Counted from the stretch's first letter, positions 38,681 through 52,859 are shown. The stretch: 64,000 nt of DNA from Camelus dromedarius (GCF_036321535.1 NC_087436.1:87360001-87424000); one strand, 5' to 3'. Program-made: numbers and translations. Notes: generated by a model from the letters alone, not told the origin.

Positions 38681-40227
38681 CATGGGAACAAAAACTTATA
38701 TGTGAAAAATAAGGAGGGCGTCGGAATCCCAGAACACGTGATAGTGGTAAACCGTCTCCTTCAAACGACCGTTGTCTTGAACAGAGCGCACTTGTGCAAA
38801 GTCTCAAAGTACATGACTCATTAGCAGTAACTCTGCCCAGCAGTGGTTCTCAGGCTCCTGGAAGGCTGAACAAATTCCCTAGTAGTCTGCACTTGTATCT
38901 TTCATTGTTCTTAGTTATACATAAAGAAGTTTGCTGCTAACTAAGCAGGAAGAGTTTGTAAAAAGATACTGGGAGATTTGCGACTAAGCTTCCAGGAGCC
39001 ACACATACAACCAAGCCCAGCATGGTTCAATGAAGAAACTGCAACTTCTGCCCCACCAGACACTAGAAAAACCACTGGGGCCACTGCCCCACCAGGAACT
39101 TGACATCGTAAATGTCTGGCACCTGTGCCACCCTCACCAGTAGACTTGGTCCCCCAAAGTAGAAGTCTCACCTGAGTGAGCCTGGTTAGCAAAGCCCCTG
39201 TCACATGCCCTGCCCTGGCTGCTCTGGAAACCAAGGGATGCAGGTTCTCACTGCACAGGAGTCCGGGAATTCCTCCAAATATAGCAAAGTCCTTCCAAAA
39301 CCAGGGAAGGTGACAAGGTGCGGTTTTTATTACTCAGAACCTGGTTCCTGTGTTTTTCTTTTCTGAGCTGCCACGACCTTCTCTAAGAGTGTCCTCCATC
39401 CCACAAGCAGCAGTGAAACCAGTCTTCCCAGTTGTCTCCACTATCTGCTCCTTTCACGCATGGATTTTACTGCCAATCCCTGCTCTCCCCAAGGAGCAAA
39501 CATGCGTAGTCAGCATTAAAGAAAAGAATGACTACATTGTTTTATGTGACACGCCTCCTCTTTGGCCAGATGAAAGGAGACCAGTGGATTAAACATTCTG
39601 CAATGTTGTTCACACATGGATTCCCAAGCAAGGAAGGCCGAAAGTGGAGCCATTTGGAGTGCTGCTGCGTGGGGCTGTTTTGAACTCCTGATAGAAAACA
39701 GAAAAGGGGTTTTGACAATCCAGACTGGAGTTGGAACAAATCTAACTGCCTGAGTAGTGGTGGTGGCCTGGCTTTTGTTGGAAATGAGAGTCAACGGGAG
39801 GTCTTGGGTGTGTAGATTTCTTTCATTTCTCCGAAAGCCACCTGCACGCGCCGCTCCGAGGGTGAGGGTCACGCCCTTGAGTAGGGTGCTGCCCATGCTC
39901 CACTCTGCCATCTCCTTCCCTCCACTCCCACAGCAGGTGCTTTCGTCAGCCCCGATTACAGATGAAGAAGCCCGAGGTGGGGAGGATAAGAAACTTGCCC
40001 AAGCTCAGAAACACAGTGACTCAAACCCAAGTTGACTCCAGTGCCATCACTCTTCACAATAAAAATAATTCAGTATGTTTTTCCTGATTATATAAATTGC
40101 ATATAACTCATCGGAAAAATTCAAACACAGGAAAATGTAAGGGAAAAAGATCAAATTAACCTAAATCCCATTGCCCTGAGATAGCAAACATTCATATTTT
40201 GGTAACTATTCTTCTGTACAAATGTTT

Positions 40228-40272
40228 ATGCACACACACATGCACGCACACACACACACACACACACACGCA
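40228..40272. repeat. (CA)n microsatellite
   Basis: Directly visible. Confidence 0.9.
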
Positions 40273-42756
40273 GAGGCACACGCCATGTTGCACAAATGGA
40301 ATCCTTATGCCAATGTTGGTTCATGAATCTCTTGTTGCTCACCAGTGGGTACGACTCAGACAAACCCTCTGTTTCCTTACTGAAGTTATGATGATTGTGG
40401 GTAGAGAAGAAAGTTTGATCTAAGCAGATAGAACCCTTCGCAGCAGGCCAGACACTTCATTGTGGATACACCATCCATGGTCCCTCAGAGAAGGGGGAAG
40501 TGTAGCATGATTAAGGTGCCAGAGTCAGACTATAAGGGCTCCCTCACTTAACTAGCATCTCAGCTCCCCAGCTACAAAGAGGGGATAATAGTACCTACTG
40601 CATTGGGTTGTTGTGAGAATTAGACAATTCTTGTACATTTAGAACATTCCTTCAGCCAGAGTAAAGGCTTAATGTTGACTGATACTATTAGAAGACCCAT
40701 AGTGTGTGGAAATCCAGAAGGTACTCAAGTGAATCATTAATTGCCATGAAGCTATACGTGCTGCAGACTTAAAAAAATTGATTTCCCTTGATACTAGTGA
40801 CATTTACTGCTGTTTTTAAAGTCTCGCAAGTATAAGGTCTGTGGGTTCTAACAGGTTTTAAAACATTATTATATTTTCTCAGGGTAGGAAAAACCAGAGC
40901 ACATAATGTTGGAGAGAGATGGTAATGCCATGAGGCCCATGGTTTATTCATTCATTTGTTCATTTATTTCTTCATTCATGTATCAATTGATAATGCTAGG
41001 AAAATAGTAAACATTTGTTGATTAAAAGAATGAATAAAAGTGACTGAATTAAACATTTCATGAGTACCTACTATGTGCTGGGACATCAGGGACATTAGGG
41101 ACATCAGAAATACAAAGTTTAATAAAACAAGATGGTACTCTCAAGAAGCTTACAATCTAATGATTCCTTATGTTTCTTTATTGGAATGTCACTCACACAC
41201 ACACACGACACACAGTTTAAAAGAGCAGTTTCCCAACAGCAAAATCTTCTGGTCCAATTGTTTCAGAATTTAAGCTGCAAGGTACAAATGGATAAAAATA
41301 AAAGCCCAGACACAACCAAATTAACTACACTTGTTTTATCCTTTTTGGTTTATAAGGACAGCAGAAAAAAATTTTTTAAAATTGAATCCAAATGTCGGCC
41401 ACCCAATTAGATGGAGTGTAAGCATCTCTCCCAAGTTATAAATCATCCAAGCCCCGGTGGGGAGAGACGCAGCCCTCTGCAAGTGTACTGAGGCAGGAAG
41501 AGCCACTCCGACCAGGCAGACAGAATTCCATTTTGCACGTGCGTCTTTGGAATACCTGTTGAGTGCTCCCTCATGACGAAGGAAAAAAATCCTTGATGGA
41601 GCAGAGCATGCTTCATTCTTGGCCGAACTCAGTCCATTTTTTGGCACGGTTACTTCGGCAGACAACGAAGAGGTTAGCCAAGGTGTCTGCACGGGTTCCT
41701 AGTGGGTAATAAAACAGATGCTGAGGGTAAATGTTCTCCAGTGTAATTCATTGGAACAGGCAAACTCCTTTAAGTACATCAAGAGTATTTCAGTGTCGTT
41801 TTTCCCTCCTGCTAGTCCCACAGTGTCATTATTTGCATCATGTCAATTACTTCTTATAGTGGATTCAGCAACAGTTTTTGTCTCATTGGCGGACACATGA
41901 CTGAATTTTATTGCCAGCTTTGTGTGTTAATCAACCGCCTTGAGGAGACACAGCAACACTGGACTACACATTAGAGGTGTTTTCCCCTCTATTTTATTAC
42001 GCACAGACACAAAGCTTTCTGGTAATTGGAGAGATGTTTCTTTACTTTATTAAACTTGGCACTCCTTCAAGAAAGTGTCAGTGAACAGAATAAAATCCAT
42101 TATTGGCATGATTGCCTCTGCTATCATATGGGAAAAGATCAAAATAGCAATGTCAGCGATTAAAAAGAGAAAATTCATTCAATTTACTTTTTTGTTTTTT
42201 TGTTAAGTGAGTTCAGTTGCAACCAAAAGAGATGATGGAAAAACGGGATGTTGTTTCCCTCTTTTTTCCAATGCTTGGCATTCAGGCTTCATCTGGGCTT
42301 TGGACAGACCTAGAGGAAGGTACTCAAGGTAACTGGTCGGAGTCATTTTGGCTGCTACACAATCTACATCTCACCATGCTCCATTTGGCTGGGAGCCCAA
42401 CCTGATCTTTCTCTGGAACCTAGGCTTCTTCTATACATTAACTACAAAGAAAGAATTTCAGTTAAAGGAAGACATTTTACCAAAGCTGATTGTCTTTGAA
42501 GATGCTACATTTCAGAGGGGTTGTGTTCACCAATTATATCAAAAAAACAGTTGTCTTTGTTCTTTTAAATTTCTTAAGATACTACTGAATCACTTCTTGA
42601 TATATGAAATATTTCATGGATGTGAACCTAATTTCACAAACTTAAGTGTAAGAGAAATATAACTTTGTATGTTTTCCGTAACTTCAAATTCATTTATGGC
42701 TCTGAGCTGTTGTTCTGCTAGACTCAGGGTTGGGAGAGTCTTAAGCAGAGTCAAGA

Positions 42757-42800
42757 TGTGTGTGTGTGTGTGTGTGTGTGGGTCTGTGTGTGTCTGTGTA
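42757..42800. repeat. (TG)n microsatellite
   Basis: Directly visible. Confidence 0.9.
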
Positions 42801-44084
42801 TGGACTGGTGACTGATGAAAGTTTTGAAATTATAGCTCCACTTTGCTTAATTTCAGATAAAATTTAAAAATAAGTATCTTGAGCTTGCTGGAATTGCTTT
42901 AACATCTCTCCTTCCATTCTTATCCACATGCCTCTGTGAGATTAGTTTTGCTACTAGGAGTGTTATGAAAACAAAATACATAAACTGTTTAGATATATAG
43001 TATCCTCTGTGAGGATCATTTGCCACCAATCCTACCTGAATGACATATATTATTCAGCAAGAAGCAAGCTCATTAAATCTTTAAAAATTGATATACATGG
43101 AGTTTGTCCTAAGTGTGAATACAAATGGTCTAATATGGGTTAGTTCACTCATGAATTCTTTATTATTATTGCTGCAAATAGAAATTTACAAGTGTAATTC
43201 CAATTCTGTTTTAATCCTTACACCTACTCTTTCAATGAACGACATTCACAGTTTTAGTGATTTCCCTCCTCTATTATGTTTGTTCTGCCTGCACTTATTG
43301 AACTATAATTCTGTCTGCTGAATCTAGTAATTTAAAAATTGGCCATATGTTGTGATTTTTTGAGTTTAATTTTGCTAGTAATTCATTTCTATTGTATTTT
43401 ACAGAAATATTGGTCTGTGATGATAAAAAGGGAAAAAGAAAAAGTCTGGTCCATTATAAATAGTTTGAAAATTTACAAAGGACTGTACTCAAATTGGGAA
43501 GAAGTAAATATACACAAGTTGTATATGCAACCATTTTCTTCTTCCCTGGAAGAGCTGCTGCTTCAGGGAACCGCCTTTCCCAGAATCCCTGGGAGACCCC
43601 TTGTCCTTCTTAGCTCAGGGTGGAGGGAAGCAGACGTGGCGCCCAAGATACTTAGCAGATATTTCTGATGACTAACAGAGTTGGTGAAGGCTGAGGGTAG
43701 GCATCTGACTTCTATAAAGTTCTATGGAATCTGAAAGACACTGCTTTTCTCCAAACACCGCACTGTCTCCTGAAGGAGACAGACTTTATGTGTTCAATAC
43801 ATAGTTATTGAGCAACTATTATGTGCCCAGCTTATACTGAGCATTGAAAAGCCAGTAGTAATTAAAACAGACAAAAATCCCTGCCTCCAGGGACTTTACA
43901 TTCTAGTGCAACATGTAGGATTTGATGGATGTCTGGGTCATTACATCTGAAGCATGTAATTTCCCCCATTTTGTGGGAGGCTTGTGTTTTAGATCAGCGT
44001 TTTCCCATTAAAAACAAGTGCACAGTAGAGGTTTTGTCCCAGTTAATGGATAAATTGAGTTAATAGGATGCACTGTTTCAATGT

Positions 44085-44148
44085 TAAAGATTTTACCCAA
44101 AGTTTTCTTAAAACTTTAAAGATTTTACCCAAAGTTTTCTTAAAACTT
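44085..44148. repeat. Perfect 32-bp tandem duplication
   Basis: taaagattttacccaaagttttcttaaaactt twice (44085-44116, 44117-44148). Confidence 0.97.
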
Positions 44149-44479
44149 CAGTGCTAGATTCTAAGGAAAGATGGCAACTGATTAAGCACACAGTTGTTTT
44201 GTTATTTTAAGATGAATGTATCAATGTTTTAGGTTGTTCATAAGGATCACATGACCTTCAGGTGTTCTATCTCCAGGGACAAGTTTGAGAACTGCCAAAC
44301 CATATGCAGACAAAGAGGAAGCTGCCATCCTTCCCCAAGACCAAACTTCAAGATGAGTAAACTTATTTCTAAAACAGTGGTCAATCCATTCCTTGTAAAT
44401 TTATAGAAATATTTAGAGTTTTTCAGATGCATGAAGTACTGACATCAGATAAAGAGCCTATCAAACCCAACCCTAAAAA

Positions 44480-45430
44480 GACGGGGAAAATCATCAAAGA
44501 ACATGAGAAAAAAAAAAAAGACTAACAAACATATTTTAAAATGTTGACCTCACTGGAGATCAGAAAAAGTGCAGATTAAGATGACAGCAATAAAATACCA
44601 TTTTTCACCTAAAAAGCTTTAAAACAAAAATGGCTGGTTCCATGCTGGAGAGAAGGACGAGGTGGCTGCTCTTTTGCACTACTTTTGTGACTATAAAGCG
44701 GATGCAACCTTTCACAAAAGCACTTGCACAATCTTCATTGTTAGTTTAAATAGGTGCATAATCTTTGTTCCGATAAATAAATTTCTGGAAATCTATTGAA
44801 AATCTTAAAGTGTAGGAAAAAGGGTCATGGACAAAAATATTCCCTGCAGTACAAGTTATACCAGCAAAAAGGTGTCAACAACCTAAATTTTTCACAAAAA
44901 GGAAATGGATAAGTAAAATATGTTGTAACCCACCTGATTTAATTCTATGGCCATGAACTGTTCATAGTGTTAAGGGACAAAGTAAATCTGTAGAATAATT
45001 TCTAGCAGACAAACATATACATCCATTAAGGGAATAGAAAAGAGTACATGGCATGGTGACTGCAGTTAAAAATACTGTATTCTATATTTGGAAGTCGCTA
45101 AGAGAGTAGATCTTAAAAGTTCTCACCATACAAAAAAGTAGCAATGTAACACGATAGATCATTAATTATCTTGGTTGTAGCAATGGTTTCATAATACATA
45201 TGTATATCAAATCATCATTTTGTCTACCTAAGCTTACACAATGTTATTTGTCAATTATATCTCAGTAAAGATGGAAACAAAAGATTACAAAAGGGGACTG
45301 CACTAAAATTTTAATTGTAATATTATCTGGGTGGTGAGTTGCATTATAGGCAGTTTTTTATTTTGTTTTGTTTTTTCTACTTTTCTACGTAATCCAAGTC
45401 TTCCATAATTATGATATATTACTTTGATAA
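44480..45430 (+). mobile_element. Old L1ME-like remnant with a younger L1MA-like 3' end (about 45043-45278) inside it
   Basis: Degenerate ORF2 tail (acatattttaaaatgttgacctcact, caacaacctaaat). The younger piece reads gctaagagagtagatcttaaaagttctcacc...gtcaattatatctcagtaaag. Confidence 0.7.
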
Positions 45431-45795
45431 TTAAAACTTTGGAGGGGAAAATGTCCAAGTAGAAGCCATTTTATAGTTGTCAATTCATTAAAGATGTCCA
45501 TAGTTAAGGCCTTAGATTTCAGAAATCTTCACTCCATCCATAGTTGGAGAAAGAACCTATAAGAGAAAGCACATGCATGCACACACCCAGGGAGAAATCT
45601 GGGAGGGCAAATAGCTCCACCCAGCAGTCACTCACTCCATGACCAACACCTCAGAGAGCAGAGATGGAAATATTGAGGTTAGGCCCATTGCTTGTGTAGC
45701 TCATTGTGTGCTTAAAGAGATAGTTTTCAATTATACATTACTGTGAATGTGGCACATTTATGCAAACACATCACTGCACACAAAGTCTTATACAC

Positions 45796-46037
45796 TACTG
45801 GCTCTTAATCGTAGCACTACTGATATTTTGGAACAAGTAATTCTTTGTTGAGTGGGGTGGGTGGGTGGCAGGAAGCAAGGCTTCCAGTGCACACTGGGAT
45901 GTTTAACAATATCTATGGCTTCTAACCACAGGATGCCAGTAGCAGCCCTGCCCCAGTCATGACAATAAAATAATGTCTCCAGACATTCCCCAATGTCCCC
46001 TGGGAGGGACATGTTCCCTCCCAACTGAGGACCTCTG
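45796..46037 (-). mobile_element. MER20 (hAT-Charlie)
   Basis: ggatgccagtagca..ccccagtcatgacaa..aatgtctccagacatt...aatgtcccctggg. Confidence 0.85.
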
Positions 46038-47664
46038 ATGTGCAGGGGTGCCCTGTGTCAGGCCGAAATGCACCTGCATGCATGAGTATGACTGCACCCC
46101 GAGGTATTTACAACCAGGGTGTCCATTCTATTGGCCAGAGCCTGTGCTGAACCTGTTGTTAAAAAGGTTGAGGCTCACACTGGCACTTCTCATCTGTGTG
46201 GCCCGCTGCTGCCTGTGGCAGCGCACCTAATAAACTCTTTTCTATTTAAAAAAAATATTGAGTGTCACATTTCCATGTTGTACTTTATGGGCTATTTAAG
46301 AGGATCCAGGGAGAAACATAGCTGTATGTGATTTCCCTTGTGTGCCGATTTTAAAACCTAGCCCAGCATAGATTACACTATGTAATCTTTTAGGCAATCT
46401 TTGCATTGTATGTAATCTTTAAACCATAAATATGGTAAACTTATATTGCTAATGGAGTCACATTATGTGTTTACTTAAATGCTAAGTTATTAGCTCTGGC
46501 TGATAGGGGAAAAGTAGATATTACATTTTTTAAAACTGGGCTTTGGAATCAAACACACAAAATCATCCAAGAGCAGTTCATGGCTAACCACACGCTGGCT
46601 CGTGAAGCGAGCAGACACACGCCGTGGAACATGGGCCGCCTTACTCTCTAGCCAGGGCTAGCAGGCCAGCCCACAGCTTTCTGTAGACTTTTGAAAGTAA
46701 AGCTATTTTGGCAGCATGCTATTTCTTGGGGAAAAATTATTATTTAAGGATGACTTGGCAATAAGACAAAAAAATCACCCTAAGAAATGTAACTTAAGCT
46801 ATGAATCAATGAAAGGTAGATTTGATAGTTTCGGAAGTTGTTTTTGTTTGTTTCCGGGAACACAGACTCACATCTGGCTATCAGATACAGCACCAACCTT
46901 ACGCCTGAAGGCTGTGAATAGACCCTCAGTGATCTACGGAAATAAATTTGAATCTACAAGGATTTTAGCACAAGTCGACCCTGGAATAAACAACAAGGCT
47001 TGTCCGACTTTGACCAGTAGTATCTTCTTATTGAACTGGAGATTTTCAAACCAGCTTGGCACAAACACCACTAACACACAAACACTAATACACACGTATA
47101 CATGGTTAAAGGGCCCTCTGACCCAGACAGAGAGCTCCAGACTGAGGCCATCCTGCAGTAAAACCATGATTTCTCCACTCTGTGGTCACGGCCACCTAAG
47201 AACAGCCTCAGTTTGTCCACTCACCCCTTCTCCATGCTGCTGTGTGAGGAGACAGGAGGTGACAACTGGTAAGAACCAAAAAAGTGAGAAAGGAGACATC
47301 TCCTTTGATGACATTTGATGAATTTGATGACATTTACATAAGCTTTAAACATACACATGGTCAACTGTATGGCTCATGGATATACATATATTTACCTAAA
47401 ACTGTACAATACAACTGTAAGAATACACAACAAATTCACGATAATGATGAGAAGGGCATTCAGAGTGCCAGTTAAAGGAGACTTTACTACTAAATTTTTT
47501 CATTAAAAAATGAAGATGGATTGACAAAAAAAAATGTTCAGTTATTAGTTCTGGGTGATAGGAAAAAGATTGATTATATAAATATTTCTAAACGGGCTTC
47601 AATGTCAAATAGATCCAAGTTTTTGTCTTTGCCACATACTAGCTACAGGGCCTTGAACTTATAT

Positions 47665-47790
47665 ATCTTTTTTTATTATTATTATTTTTTAATATAGTGG
47701 CTTTTTTTTTTAACAGAGATACAGGGGGATTGAACCTAGGACCTTGTGCATGCTAAACACGCACTCTACCACTGAGCTATACCCAACCCC
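47665..47790 (-). mobile_element. Vic-1-type tRNA-Ala-derived SINE inserted in a MIR
   Basis: Minus strand ggggttgggtatagctcagtggtagagtgcgtgtttagcatgcacaaggtcctaggttcaatcccc. MIR-like sequence lies on both sides (about 47610-47940). Confidence 0.9.
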
Positions 47791-48719
47791 TCTGATATTT
47801 TTTGAATATACCAAGTCTCGGTTTTATTAAATATAAAATACAAATGGTAATACTACCAACTTCATCGGATTATTATGAGGATTAAATGAAAAAACTTGGA
47901 GCAGGTACACAGCACACACTCAGCTCAAAGTAGCTACTCTTAATAGGCCAAGGTCCGCAGTTATGAGCATTGCATTTTAAGACTCATAACAGAATGTCTG
48001 TTAGCTTGATTTGTGCCTGGGGAGCTAACTGGAAGCTTAGCTCAGAGCACTCAGAGCAGAAGCTCTGGGGACTCTCAGGTCAGTTGGGGACCCACCTGTA
48101 TGGAGTTGCTGTGGCCAGAAGGGGGAAGATGCAACCCCTAGTGCTGCACAGTGTGGGTCACAGAACACGGTTTACCAGCTTGGAAGTTAAGGGTTAGCAA
48201 GCTAAGGCAGACGTAGTCCCCTGATCTCTCTTCACTCTGCAGAGAAGCATCAGGCCAGCTTTGTAAACACATAGGGCTGCACTCCAGGAGAGATGCTCAA
48301 CCCTCTTCTGGCTCCCCCTTTTCTGAGTTGAACTTGAAGGTGAGCCTCGTCTGCTAGAGTAGGAGTGGATATTGTCAGTCTGAATTGGATGCCAGATGTT
48401 CAGGGGAGGCTGGGGAATGCAACAGGCTTAGCACCTGCGCTCCTTGGGGGCCAGTGGTATGTAGGGATGTGTGTGCACAGCCTGACTCCCTCCTGGGGAG
48501 AGGAAGCTCCCAGTTCCATGGAAAATTTAGTTTGAGCACCGCTTGGGCAAGAAACAGCATTGCCCCAAATTGTCCATAGGCAAACAACCTAGAAGGAGCC
48601 CTGTGGTCCTCTCCTGGATAATCCTGCTTGTCCCTCTAGTGGACAGAGAATGATGGGCACAGTTAAACATTCAGCAGCAATAAACTTTCTAGAGCATTGC
48701 TGACGGCCATAACACTAAT

Positions 48720-49100
48720 GTAGATCAGGTAAGAAATGGATATAGTCTCTGGTCATGTCTTCCATGCTAATGCTGTGAAAGTTAGAGGCTTGGGTGCTTT
48801 GGTGGGCTGGGGGTGGATGGGGTGGGGATATAGTAGGTCTGTAGCGTTTGAACTGGGTCTTAAGGGAGGGTGGATTTGGAGGATGGAGAAGAGAAAAAAG
48901 CTGGGAGAACTGAATGAGCAACAGCATGGAGAGGGCAAGGGAAATATACTGTAGAACAATGAGTAAGATGCTAATGGCTTGAATTGAGAGTTTATTTGGA
49001 GGTGGATGGAGAAGGGAGGTTTTGATCAGAATGTGGTGGGAACCGATCGCCAGGCTAAGGGTTTTAGACTTTATTCCAAATGCAGCTACGGAATGGCAGC
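48720..49100 (-). mobile_element. L2 LINE fragment
   Basis: tttgaactgggtcttaagggagggtggatttgga and gccaggctaagggttttagactttattc. Confidence 0.6.
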
Positions 49101-50389
49101 ACATGGGTGATAATTCAGGTCTCTCGGCTCCTGCTCCTCCCCACCTCTCTTCAACTCTCCTGAACTGCCTCTCAACGTTGCTGTCTTCAGGAAGTATATT
49201 GTTTCACTTGGAAATGAGATAATCTGGGCTTCAGTTCATGAAACAGTTGTGCACCTTGGCCAAATCACCTTTCCGGCTTTTGGTTTCTAAAATTCAAAAT
49301 GAGATGGTTGGAGTGAATATTTTCTGGCTTTTTAAGATGGAAAGTAATCTTTTTGGAAGATGACTATAATGACAGTGCTCAAAATGGGTAGGGAGGAGGG
49401 AAAACCTACAGAGACACCCAAAATCCTCTGGTTACATGATTTATGCTGAATATAACAATGTCTTTCATATAAGAAACACTCCTAACACCTCTTCCTTTCT
49501 CTGTCTCTCTCTGCCTTCCCTCCTCTCTTAACATCTTACAACGTAATTGTACTTTATTTAATTTGATCTTCAGGTATCGTATCTTCCTTAGTATGAGGCT
49601 GTTTTATGGGTAAAATATTTTCTTTTTGAATGAGGCATACACTTATCATCAAGATTAATAACTCACGTGTTTTAAAACTTTTATCCATTTTAAGTTTCAC
49701 CTAATTCCTGGACTCCACGCTAATGCCAAATTCCCACATGTCCACTTGTGTTTGTCTACAACCCAAAGTAGGTCTCAGAAAGAAGAACAAAGCAGAGGCC
49801 AGGAGAGGTAGCCAACCAAGTGCTGGACCCCAGAGACTTTCTCTTGATGTGCCCCGAAGTCTGCCAAACCAGTCTTTGAGGATCTCGAAGAATTCGAAAC
49901 TATATATAAAATAAATAAATGCAAATGGCACATTTCCTAGTTACATAGGGTCTCCGTGGACTTCTTTAGGTCCAAGTTGTCCCCTTGTTTTTTCCTTCAT
50001 TGGCTTCAGGGGGACTGAGGTCAGAGTTTGACCCTTTACTGAAAGGTTATACACAAGGAGGGAAGGATAAAATAATAATCCTGAGTCAGCACCTACGGGG
50101 AAGAAAAAGTAAAAGTAAACATCTTCCTGGAAAATAAACCTCTGTTATCGCAAGCCCTGGGATGCCACCTTTTCAAGAATGAGTTTTTCCAAGCTCTGAA
50201 GTCGCCCAGGAGTAGACCTCTTTGAAGAACATTGGCCAAATTAAATGGGTCATCCTAACTTGTACAAATCTTTTTCGTATTTTCATCAGTTACACGTCTG
50301 TTTATCTGGTGTTGCTCACTATGTTTTAAGAATTTAAAAGGCAAATTTTAATATAGATCCCCAAAGATTATCATACAATGCTGTGTATA

Positions 50390-51263
50390 TGTAAAAGAAA
50401 AAACCTGTTTCTCCTCCTCTCCAACCTTCTGACACTAGAAGTGTGGGGTTTCCTTCCATCAGCCAGCTCTCCCACTCCCCGGACACCAACTGGGTGTCCT
50501 GCAACTCAGTTATGACAGTAACCACCAGGAGCTAGTGGAGACCTCACAGGTCAAGAGCCCAGTCCTACAAGACTTCCTTCCACTTCAGATGCCAACTAAG
50601 TCCCAAGTTCTGACTGACTGGCTATAAATTGGGGGGAGGGCCCTACGAACCCCTCCTTCGGTTTGAAAATTGTTAGAATGGCTCACAGAACTCAGGAAAG
50701 TGCTTTACTTTTAATTACTTGTTTATTATAAAAGCTACAACCCGGGAACAACCAAATGGAAGAGATGCATGGGGCAAGAGATGTGGAAAGGCTAAGGTGG
50801 CACTTCCATGCCTTCTCAGGCAGCACCACCCTCCCAGCACCTCAACGTGTGAACCAAACTGGAAGCTCTCCAAACCCCTTCTGTTAGGGTGTTTGTTTTG
50901 TTTTGTTTTTAAATAGAGATTCCATTTCATGGGCATGCATTACATAGATACAATTAAATCACTGGCCGTTAGTGATTAACTCAATCTCCAGCCCCTCTCC
51001 CCTTTCTAGAGGTCTGCAGGTGAGGCTGAAAGTTGCAAGGTTAGCCCCCTAATCACATGATTGGTTCCCTTGGCAACTAACCCTCAGCTTCTAAAAGTCA
51101 CCTTATTAGCATAAATTCAGTTACTGTTGAAAGGAGCTTATTATGAATAATTAAAGATGTTCTTTATCTCTATCACTCAGAAAATTACAAGGGTTTTTAG
51201 AAGCTCTGTGCCAAGAACTTGGAATAAAGCCCAAATACATATTTCTTATATCAAAATACTACA
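50390..51263 (-). mobile_element. MER21-family solo LTR
   Basis: Minus strand starts tgtagtattttgatataagaaatatgtatttggg...cttggcacagagcttctaaaaaccctt..aattttctgagtgata. Plus strand has gacaccaactgggtgtcct. Confidence 0.85.
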
Positions 51264-51278
51264 TATGTACATATACAT

Positions 51279-51340
51279 TATCTATCTCTCTATCTATCTA
51301 TCTATCTATCCATCTGTCTATCCATCTGTCTACCTATCTC
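51279..51340. repeat. (TATC)n microsatellite
   Basis: Directly visible. Confidence 0.85.
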
Positions 51341-51344
51341 AATA

Positions 51345-51920
51345 AGTGGTTGGTGATTGTTCCAATTATCCATTTCCGCAGAACCAACCATTCCAAATTA
51401 GTGGCACAGAAAGATAACCATTTCATTATGGTTATAGGTTTGTTAATCAGGCAAGACATAATGGGGGATGGATTGTGTCTGCTGTATGATATCTGGGCTT
51501 GAACCTTGAAAGACTTGAACTCCCTAGGGTGACATAAACTTCTGCGGGCTGGTACATATAGAAGACTCTGCATTCAAATGTCTTGTACCTGCAACCTGAA
51601 AGCTGGCTTGGCTGAACCTGTTGGCCAGTGCACCTACATGTGATTTGTCCAGATGGCTGGGTTTCCTTACTCCAGGGCACCTCAGTGTCATTGGATCACT
51701 TAATAGTCTAAGAACAGGTGTTCTAGGGAGCAATCTTGGAGATTGGAAAGTTTCTTGACCTTTTAAGACCTAGCCTTGAAAATCCTAGAGCAGTATTTCC
51801 CATACACTTTATTGGTCAAAGCAGACACAACCTCACTCAGAAGAAAGAGGAGTGGCTATAGATCCTATCTCCTGATGGGAGGAATATTAAAGAATTTGCA
51901 TACATATTTTAAAGTCAATT
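51345..51920 (-). mobile_element. MLT1 (MaLR) LTR
   Basis: aaccattccaaattagtggc...cacctacatgtgatttgtcca..tggctgggtttcctt...attggtcaaagcagacaca. Confidence 0.75.
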
Positions 51921-52859
51921 GACCTTATCTTTTAATCTGCATGTATTTCTCAAGATTTTGAAACTCTCCTGAGACACTGATCTATTTTATTCTCAGGAGA
52001 CAAGAGGTAGGTTAGTGATATAACCCACAGGGCAGCCCCCTTCTTTTTAGGATCCCAGTTGGTCTATCTCTAACTGCCCTTGGAAGAGGGAAACTTAAGG
52101 GAATAAACCTTAAAAGTACCACCTCCCCTGCTACTCAAGAACAGAATACTTAGTGGATTCTGGCATGAATATTTGCATGTGATGCTTCAAAATCATACAA
52201 AACTGGAGGTGGGAGAGAGAGAATCAGACATGATGCTCTGACCTCCTCATTCCCTTGAAGACACAAAGGCCAAGACTCGCCAAGCTGGGTGTATCCTGGG
52301 CCTTAATTCAGGGTTGGGTGGGGTTCTCCCAGCCCATGTTACAAAATTATCTGCCAACAAATGGTTCTGTTTCTGAATTGCTTCTCTCTAATTTCCAAGA
52401 TTCTCCCTAGGTCACAGGGGGAGGAAAGGAGTCTCAGTTTACTTGGGCACAGCATTATTGCTTTTATTTTATAGAGGAGGTAATCAAAATGATTCAGGGA
52501 AAGTTAGTTGTAAGAAGGTAAAAAGAATCAGGTTGGCTATTGGGGGAGCAGAGGCTGGAGAGGTGACAAGAAGTCACAAAGATGATTTTCTATGTTATAA
52601 TTTTTCCTAGGCTCGGCTGTACTCCTGGATCAGTTCTTTTTCCTAGATGTCATATGACTTCGCCACTAACACTTAAATGTTTAATAAGGCCACCTGATAA
52701 CAAAGTGATCGTTCCAGCCAGGCACTGCCATTAATTCCTGGGCAAGTCATCTGCCATCTTAGGTCCCTTGAGTTCTAACACATTATGATTCAAAAGAAAG
52801 GACAGTTTGGCTTCTAAAAAAGCTTGATCACGTATTCATAGGGAGATGCAGATCACCTT

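Noticed and set aside
46716..47318. 200-aa ORF, the longest outside the microsatellite
   Set aside because: No recognisable domain, AT-rich composition unlike coding sequence, and its 3' end runs into an old L1-like remnant. Probably a chance ORF, which BLASTP or PhyloCSF would settle.
49701..49931. Minus-strand ORF with a protein-like stretch (FEFFEILKDWFGRLRG) after an AG
   Set aside because: No convincing donor site and no recognised homology.
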